A stretch of DNA of 64,000 nt. Source: a virus (lineage: Duplodnaviria; Heunggongvirae; Uroviricota; Caudoviricetes). Numbering within the stretch: position 1 is the stretch's first letter; each line of letters begins with the position of its first letter. Location: positions 13,903 to 77,902 of IMG/VR virus record IMGVR_UViG_3300013121_000010; one strand, 5' to 3'. The position numbers and the translations under genes are program-made. Shown one piece after another: positions 58,026 to 64,000 of the stretch. Under the pieces are notes generated by a model, which had not been told where the DNA came from, searched no databases, and saw only the letters and a list, made by a program, of their open reading frames with translations.

Positions 58026-59136
58026 CAGATAATCTCCTAATTAACGGTTCTATTTCTTTAGTTATAGAATCATTATGCAAATCACCAACATCTTTAGTTG
58101 AAATTTTAGGGAAAAACAAACGATATGTTCTACCTAAATCTTTTTTTAAATTTAAAGCACCTTTTATACCAGCTTCATCATTATCTAAAAGAACTATTAA
58201 AGTTAAAGCACCAGAACCATCTAAAACTATACGTTGGTTGTCTCTTAAAGACGAGCCGAATATAGCCAGAGAATTTTTAATGCCGTTTTGTTCTAACTTC
58301 CATACATCACCAGGGCCTTCAACTATTACAGCTACGCCTGTTTTTAATATTTCGTCTTTAGCAAACCAATAGTTGTACAAGTAGTTTGAACATTCAAAAT
58401 TTTTACTGTTTCTCCACTTGAATGAATTGATTTTTTCTTCATCTGTTGACGGACATAGTTTTTCTGGATTATGATAGTATTTACATTTACTGCACTTATC
58501 ATAAATTGAACGTGCTGAAAATCCTACACAATAATTGTGGTCATTATCATATACTGGTACAGATACTCTATCTATTTTAGAATAGAAACCTACATCGTAT
58601 TTGTCAAGTATTTTACTGTCGTACCCCCTAGAAATATAATAATTAGACGGTATTTCCAGTGTTTTTCTAACAAAATCCCTAGTCCATTTATTAGTATTAT
58701 TAGAAATGTATGGTATATAGTTAATTTTTTGAAATATTCTATTAGCCTTTCTCTTTGCTAATACTTCTGATGGCGGTAACTTTACTTCATCTAATGATTT
58801 ATATTTGCTGTATTCTAGTAGTATTTCTACAGCCTTAGCAAAATTACATCTATATATACCTTTTATAAGACCTATTAGATTTTTACCGTATTTTTCTTCA
58901 CAATGATGAGTTCTACAAACCCAGTAACCTGGAACGCTATCTCCGTCTGGATAAAAGTTAAATGCTGAATTATTATCTCCATTATGAACTGGGCAGTAAC
59001 CAGCAAATCTTTTACCAACACGTTTTAAATGTGAAAGCCCCAAATTATCTAATAATAATACAGGGTCTATACAAGCCTGATTACATAATTCATTTACAGC
59101 ATCTAAATTAAACGAACGGAACTGATTGTATGTCAT
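58018..59136 (-). CDS. dnaG: DNA primase (CHC2 Zn finger and Toprim)
   Basis: CPVH...CRTHHC, IVEGPGDV, LLDNDEAG, KDVGD. Confidence 0.92.
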   Translation of the reverse strand: MTYNQFRSFNLDAVNELCNQACIDPVLLLDNLGLSHLKRVGKRFAGYCPVHNGDNNSAFNFYPDGDSVPGYWVCRTHHCEEKYGKNLIGLIKGIYRCNFAKAVEILLEYSKYKSLDEVKLPPSEVLAKRKANRIFQKINYIPYISNNTNKWTRDFVRKTLEIPSNYYISRGYDSKILDKYDVGFYSKIDRVSVPVYDNDHNYCVGFSARSIYDKCSKCKYYHNPEKLCPSTDEEKINSFKWRNSKNFECSNYLYNYWFAKDEILKTGVAVIVEGPGDVWKLEQNGIKNSLAIFGSSLRDNQRIVLDGSGALTLIVLLDNDEAGIKGALNLKKDLGRTYRLFFPKISTKDVGDLHNDSITKEIEPLIRRLSDG

Positions 59137-60601
59137 TTTCTGATATTTCTTTAGGTTTCTCTATCGTATTTCCGCTTTCTCTAATCTTTTTAAGATTTAT
59201 ATGAGTATTAGCCTCTACAATTCTACCTCTCTCACCAACAGATATCAGATTTAAATAGTCTCCGTATGGAGTTCCGCCACCATGCCTAGATTTTATAACT
59301 ATTAATTTATGAGTACCAAATTTAGGACCGCCATCCATAGCTATTTCTTCATCAGATTTAGGTTTATAAACAGCTAAATTGGTACTTAACCATGTAATTC
59401 TATCAGAACCAGAAACAACATCTGTGGTTTCTTTATCTATACCATCACGATTTAGCTGAACTAAACTAAAAATTGGCACATCATGTTTAACAGCAAAGTT
59501 ATGCAGAGAAGTCATCATAAAACCAAGAACCTGAAATTCCTGCATTGAATCGCTAATGCCTTCACCGCTCATCATCTTAATGTAATCATATATTATAAGA
59601 CAGTCGTTTACTTTGCCATCTTTATCAAAACCTACATTTTGTTTTATCCATCTTCTAGCTATACCTAGTATTTCTTCAAAAGGTCTACCAGAAATATTTT
59701 TATAGAAGAACTTTGAGTTTTCAATCTTTTCTAAAGCTGGTCCTATTCTATTTAAACCTTCTCTATCTTTAGAAACTTTACCAGTTTCCAAATCTCTAAT
59801 TTTATTATCTGAGACATTAGCTCCAACTCTATACCAATGGTCCTCTTTAGACATTTCTGTATCTAAATACAATACTGGTATTTGTAAGTTATAAGCTACA
59901 TGAAAACCAATATTATCACTTATAAGAGATTTACCTATGCCTGTTCTAGCCCCTAATAATGAAACTGTTTTCCTTCTAAAACCACCACCAATATAATCAT
60001 CATAATATTTATAACCAGAACTAATACCAACCTGTTCTACAGGATTTAATATTCTTTCTCTTAAATGCTCTCGCATTCCAATATGTAGCAGTTCCGGTTC
60101 ATCATTTTCATCACCACTATTAATAATGCTAGAAAAATCAAATATTGTATTTTCAGCTATAGATATAATCTTACTTACAGATTCTTGACCAGTAATTTTT
60201 TCTATATCTGAAATTGCATAAGAAAGCTGATTTCTCAACATTCTAGCTATATGTAGTTTTTGAACTCTAGCAGCCATATACCTAACATTTTCTTTGCGTA
60301 TTTGTCCATGCATTACAGAACGTAATATTGATTGATTGTCAGGACTAGAAAATATAAAGTCTAGACTAAGTTCGTTAGCGGCTGAAATTAATGATGCTTG
60401 GTCTATGCTTTTCGATTCACGCTTTTCAAATAAATGTTTGTAACACTGATATATAGCTTGATTCACATCAATTTGAAAAGATTCTGGCTTACTAATTAAA
60501 TCAGATACATCTAAATATGCTTCTTCTCCGTAGCAAAAAATACCTGATAATACAGCACGTTCAGCAGCGGGGTCAACCAAAACATTAAAAATGTCAGACA
60601 T
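59108..60601 (-). CDS. dnaB: Replicative DNA helicase
   Basis: AERAVLSG, GARTGIGKS, LDTEMS, IYDYIK, LVQLNR, SGSDRI, IKSRHG. Confidence 0.95.
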   Translation of the reverse strand: MSDIFNVLVDPAAERAVLSGIFCYGEEAYLDVSDLISKPESFQIDVNQAIYQCYKHLFEKRESKSIDQASLISAANELSLDFIFSSPDNQSILRSVMHGQIRKENVRYMAARVQKLHIARMLRNQLSYAISDIEKITGQESVSKIISIAENTIFDFSSIINSGDENDEPELLHIGMREHLRERILNPVEQVGISSGYKYYDDYIGGGFRRKTVSLLGARTGIGKSLISDNIGFHVAYNLQIPVLYLDTEMSKEDHWYRVGANVSDNKIRDLETGKVSKDREGLNRIGPALEKIENSKFFYKNISGRPFEEILGIARRWIKQNVGFDKDGKVNDCLIIYDYIKMMSGEGISDSMQEFQVLGFMMTSLHNFAVKHDVPIFSLVQLNRDGIDKETTDVVSGSDRITWLSTNLAVYKPKSDEEIAMDGGPKFGTHKLIVIKSRHGGGTPYGDYLNLISVGERGRIVEANTHINLKKIRESGNTIEKPKEISENDIQSVPFV

Positions 60602-60607
60602 TTATTT

Positions 60608-61048
60608 TTACCTTCTTTTCATGCTACATGAATTACAGCTATACATATTATCTTCTGGATTTTTTGAGTAACCAATAGCTAAACCAGGAGATACACTTTC
60701 CTCTCTATTGCATTTACTACAAGTTACTTTTATATTTTTACCAGTATTAATTATACCTAAATCACTTCTTTTTATTCTACTATGATTAATATACAAATTA
60801 GGGTCATCTTTAGGTATTTCTTTTAACTCTACAAATTTAATACTTTGTTGTTTTGAAGTTCTAAACCCACTATTATTATTTTTTTTATTTTTTTCTTGTT
60901 CTTCTTCTATAGGTATAACGCTAAATATAGGCGGCTTTATCTTTTTGCCAGTATAACCTTCATAAATTTTACATATAGATTCCCAATCGGCATTTTCTAT
61001 CGCTCTTTTAAACTCTGACATATTAATTTTTTTCATTTTTATCACCAT
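60608..61048 (-). CDS. Hypothetical protein with C-terminal Zn ribbon
   Basis: CSKC...CNSC. Confidence 0.55.
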   Translation of the reverse strand: MVIKMKKINMSEFKRAIENADWESICKIYEGYTGKKIKPPIFSVIPIEEEQEKNKKNNNSGFRTSKQQSIKFVELKEIPKDDPNLYINHSRIKRSDLGIINTGKNIKVTCSKCNREESVSPGLAIGYSKNPEDNMYSCNSCSMKRR

Positions 61049-61523
61049 TTGTTTTATAATATGCGTATTTTAGAAATACCTCTGATATATCTTTCAGATT
61101 ATTTGGTAAATACTGTAAACGCTCAAGGCGACGTTCTGCACTTTTTAATATTTTATCATTTAGATTCTTAGCGGCAGAATTATTCTTAATAGCTAAAGTA
61201 CGCTGTGTATCAAACGATATATTCTTTCCTGCATAAGAACTTAACTCTGGTGATATTATCTCATTAATCCTAGCCTTTGCCCAAGCTATATGACCATTTA
61301 ATTTATTAATTTCTGCTTGTATATACAAAGCCTCTGTTTTTAATGTAAATGCCGCCAAATAACATTCATCTGGGCTTAATTTTCTCATACAATCTTCTGT
61401 CATTTTTAAATATTTACTAACATCATATTGTATGATATCACCAACACCAATTTTTTGCATATATTTATCTAAATAATCATCTAACTTAACTAAATCTTGC
61501 TCGCCACTGTTCATCTGATTCAT
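61023..61523 (-). CDS. Hypothetical helical protein
   Basis: Coiled-coil-like ORF in the recombination/replication block. Confidence 0.5.
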   Translation of the reverse strand: MNQMNSGEQDLVKLDDYLDKYMQKIGVGDIIQYDVSKYLKMTEDCMRKLSPDECYLAAFTLKTEALYIQAEINKLNGHIAWAKARINEIISPELSSYAGKNISFDTQRTLAIKNNSAAKNLNDKILKSAERRLERLQYLPNNLKDISEVFLKYAYYKTNGDKNEKN

Positions 61524-61884
61524 AATAAGGTAACTCCACTACTTTTATATTGTTTTCATTGCACCATTCAATCTTTTTTTTATCTCTAGACAAACCTTCA
61601 AAGAACTTTATTTTTGTACCATGAAAGAATGGTATGAATTTATAGTGTTGTTCACCGTGTACTTCAACAACTATTTTATTTGGTATAATAACAAAATCTG
61701 CTCTTAATTTATCACTACCCGGCAATGGAACTTCTTCCAATATAATAGAAGCAGAGAAGAGTTCATTTAGTATTTTTCTGCATCTTAAATGAGGTGAACT
61801 TCTTTTTCTTAATTCGTTTTCGTAAGTTATATGTCCGTTTGGTGGCCAATTATATTCTTTACCATCAAATCCTATAACTATCAT
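61486..61884 (-). CDS. Vsr/DUF559-like endonuclease
   Basis: LEEVPLP...LRADF...VVEVHGEQHY...RD..K..WC. Confidence 0.7.
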   Translation of the reverse strand: MIVIGFDGKEYNWPPNGHITYENELRKRSSPHLRCRKILNELFSASIILEEVPLPGSDKLRADFVIIPNKIVVEVHGEQHYKFIPFFHGTKIKFFEGLSRDKKKIEWCNENNIKVVELPYYESDEQWRARFS

Positions 61885-62906
61885 TGTAATATATCCTTTA
61901 ATTTAGATTTTAGTAGTTTTATGCTTTCTTCATTACTTCTTAAATATTCAAGAGCTTTTTCTTCCCCTTGGAATTTTAAAGGCTCATTTAAGAAAGAGAA
62001 TGTGTACCAAGCTCCCGCTCTTTCTATTAAAGCACAGGTTTTCGCTAGGTCAAATAATTCGTAAACTTCATCAATACCAATACCATACCTAATATATGAA
62101 GTTACCTGTGCCCCAGTTCCACAATTAGCTGCTGTACTATTTGATAGCCAGTGTACTATCTTACCTATTTCAACACCATTATCATCATCATCACTACCGC
62201 CAACTTTCCATTTTTGTGAGTATTGAATATCAAGGTCTACATCTACAGCGTAAACAACTTTATTACCACCAGTCCTTTGAGTTTTTTTATAACCACCGCC
62301 AGTATTAGCGACAACATGCAATATACATATTATAATTGATTTACTAACAGGTAGGTCATTAGCTATTCTTTTTGTAAATCTAGCCATTAGAACTGGACCT
62401 GGGGCACGCTTCTGTTCATTTATTTCGGCGATTTTTTCATCCTCAGTACATAACTGGCTAACGCTGTCTACTATTACTACGCATCCAGGTTCTTCCTTTA
62501 TCTTTCTTTCTGCTATTTCTAAAAACTCATGTGCCATCAATATCTTAGGTTTACCATTTTCATCCCTGTAAGACCTAACTATTTCAAAATGCTCTTTATC
62601 TGTTTTTAATTTTGGTATACCTTGAATATCTCTTGGTTTAATACGCCCCTCAATATTTAGATAGTATACTTTTCTACCTAATTCTTGAGCATTAGCGGCA
62701 AAATGTAGAGCAGTAAGAGTTTTACCTCCTTTAGGTGGTCCTGAAAGAATTACAAATGAGCCTTCTGGTATTCCACCACCAAGAACCATATCTATTTTTG
62801 GACTAACAGATATAATTTCACGTTTCTCATTAAGAAAATCGTCACCACTTATAAAAGCATTTTCACCATATTTTGATATCAAATCATCAGCGGTTTTCTT
62901 CGCCAT
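61881..62906 (-). CDS. recA: RecA/UvsX-family recombinase
   Basis: IDMVLGGGIPEG, GPPKGGKT, LNIEG, VIVDSVSQL, GGNKVVY, GAWY. Confidence 0.92.
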   Translation of the reverse strand: MAKKTADDLISKYGENAFISGDDFLNEKREIISVSPKIDMVLGGGIPEGSFVILSGPPKGGKTLTALHFAANAQELGRKVYYLNIEGRIKPRDIQGIPKLKTDKEHFEIVRSYRDENGKPKILMAHEFLEIAERKIKEEPGCVVIVDSVSQLCTEDEKIAEINEQKRAPGPVLMARFTKRIANDLPVSKSIIICILHVVANTGGGYKKTQRTGGNKVVYAVDVDLDIQYSQKWKVGGSDDDDNGVEIGKIVHWLSNSTAANCGTGAQVTSYIRYGIGIDEVYELFDLAKTCALIERAGAWYTFSFLNEPLKFQGEEKALEYLRSNEESIKLLKSKLKDILQ

Positions 62907-63360
62907 TATTATCTAACTCCGAAAGTTTATTTAATAAACTGATACTGCCTTTTACTCTAACAGGTTTTATTTTAGTAGCATCAGTTACTTTAGTTTCTCT
63001 TAATGATTCTTTTTTATAATCTTCATCAATACATTCTTTATTTTTTTCTTTTAGTAAAGATTCCCATTTTGGTACTTTTAAAAACCCACCAAAAGATGTA
63101 ATACCAAAGGAACGATTATCTTTAAGTGCTTTTACTATAGCTCTAGGATGCACATTTTTAAAACGATTATTAAGAAGAATAATCTGAGTTTTAAAGAATT
63201 TATTCCATTCTTCTAATTCCCAAAATTTTTGTGGTAATTCTTTTTTGTTTTTAAGAGCTACTTTTTCACATAAATATTCTGTTATATATTGATATATAGT
63301 TACGTTTCCACCACCATATCTAGATGGATAACAAGATTTATTGCTATATAGTTTTGCCAT
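62887..63360 (-). CDS. Hypothetical protein (157 aa)
   Basis: ORF directly upstream of recA. Confidence 0.55.
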   Translation of the reverse strand: MAKLYSNKSCYPSRYGGGNVTIYQYITEYLCEKVALKNKKELPQKFWELEEWNKFFKTQIILLNNRFKNVHPRAIVKALKDNRSFGITSFGGFLKVPKWESLLKEKNKECIDEDYKKESLRETKVTDATKIKPVRVKGSISLLNKLSELDNNGEENR

Positions 63361-63787
63361 TATAATGCAAACATTTCTTAGAGCAGCTATTTATAGGTTC
63401 TATTTTAGAGCTAGAAATAATAAGCTCTGGTACTCTAATCCATTTTTTAGTTAAGAACTCACTATCATTTTGGTATCCAAATACTATAAAATTATTTTGA
63501 ATTTCATCGTCTAATGATAACTCTTTGGTTATACCATAAGAAAAATACAAAAATTTTTCTGGTTCTAGTTCAAAAACTAATTTATTATCCCTAAAAACTA
63601 TTTCAAACCTTTTAAATGTTTTATTTGATGATTTAAGTATGTCAAAATTTGGTGTTTCATACCTATCATTATCTGTTGTGTACCAAACAAAATATATGTT
63701 ACTTAGTTTAAAATCTTCATCTAACATAAAAAAATATTTAAGTTCCTGTTTATCAATTTCATTCAAAATTTTACTTTTTGTTTTCAT
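63344..63787 (-). CDS. Hypothetical protein (about 147 aa)
   Basis: ATG at 63787 is preferred over 63847 because the upstream partial ORF ends at 63771. Confidence 0.5.
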   Translation of the reverse strand: MKTKSKILNEIDKQELKYFFMLDEDFKLSNIYFVWYTTDNDRYETPNFDILKSSNKTFKRFEIVFRDNKLVFELEPEKFLYFSYGITKELSLDDEIQNNFIVFGYQNDSEFLTKKWIRVPELIISSSKIEPINSCSKKCLHYNGKTI

Positions 63788-63998
63788 CAATTTTATAAAT
63801 ACAATCACTTCTATCAGCGTTTTTGCTATTAGTTTTTTTACTTTCATCAGCTATAGATGATGCGGCTTCTGTTAAAACCACACTACCTTTTGTTTTAGCT
63901 AACGCTTCTTGAAATCTAGTAGGCTGTTTAGGTGAATTTGTAGGAATGTAATTTATTATAACATCTCTTGGTATAGATGGTAGTTTTTCACATAACCA
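63771..63998 (-). CDS. 5'-partial hypothetical protein
   Basis: Open frame from the window edge, WLCEKLPS...VVLTEAASSIAD...CIYKIDENKK*; not in the supplied ORF track because it has no start. Confidence 0.6.
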   Translation of the reverse strand, partial: WLCEKLPSIPRDVIINYIPTNSPKQPTRFQEALAKTKGSVVLTEAASSIADESKKTNSKNADRSDCIYKIDENKK

Positions 63999-64000
63999 AC

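Noticed and set aside
1756-63860. Short alternative-frame and antisense ORFs in the track (for example 1756..1980, 2318..2566, 8897..9313, 35935..36297, 50755..50952)
   Set aside because: They lie wholly inside longer, motif-supported genes and have low-complexity shadow translations.
1-64000. Giant eukaryotic virus origin, suggested by the glycan genes
   Set aside because: DnaE, DnaB, DnaG, bacterial SSB, sigma70, RecA, GroES and a tape measure/tail tube module indicate a tailed bacteriophage.
1-64000. Stop-codon reassignment (TAG or TGA recoding)
   Set aside because: Long genes are intact under the standard code, and TAG ends genes at sensible positions (5599, 30457, 56162).
1-64000. tRNA genes, CRISPR arrays, rRNA, integrase/att sites
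   Set aside because: The longest gaps are under 100 bp and are explained by hairpins. No cloverleaf, spaced direct repeats or recombinase motifs were seen by eye; a tRNAscan or CRISPR scan would confirm.

Overview
The window is a 64-kb, strongly AT-rich and almost gap-free segment of a large tailed bacteriophage genome. No capsid, terminase, tail sheath or integrase is recognisable in it. It has two convergent arms that meet at about 31,081. The plus-strand arm (1-30.5 kb) is a virion morphogenesis module: putative fibre/decoration proteins, head-tail connector-like genes, a tail tube, two paralogous chaperone-like genes, a 2392-aa tape measure protein, tail-tip proteins and a Cys-rich distal module, followed by an HNH-type endonuclease. 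The minus-strand arm (31.1-64 kb) encodes RecA, DnaB, DnaG, a dNMP kinase, a Cas4-like nuclease, a MazG-like protein, SSB, a sigma factor and GroES. Its DnaE polymerase is split into two genes around a DnaQ-like exonuclease, and the C-terminal half carries a LAGLIDADG intein. The same arm holds a 14.5-kb glycan-synthesis cluster: about 8 glycosyltransferase-like genes, GDP-fucose synthase, a nucleotidyltransferase, methyltransferases and a kinase. The best candidates for new biology are (1) the phage-encoded glycosylation pathway, (2) the tape measure protein, which has four copies of a lambda-gpH-like C-terminal motif bracketing a possible nuclease cargo, (3) the split Pol III core and (4) the Cys-rich tail-tip module. 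All family assignments come from motif recognition by eye; no database search was run.
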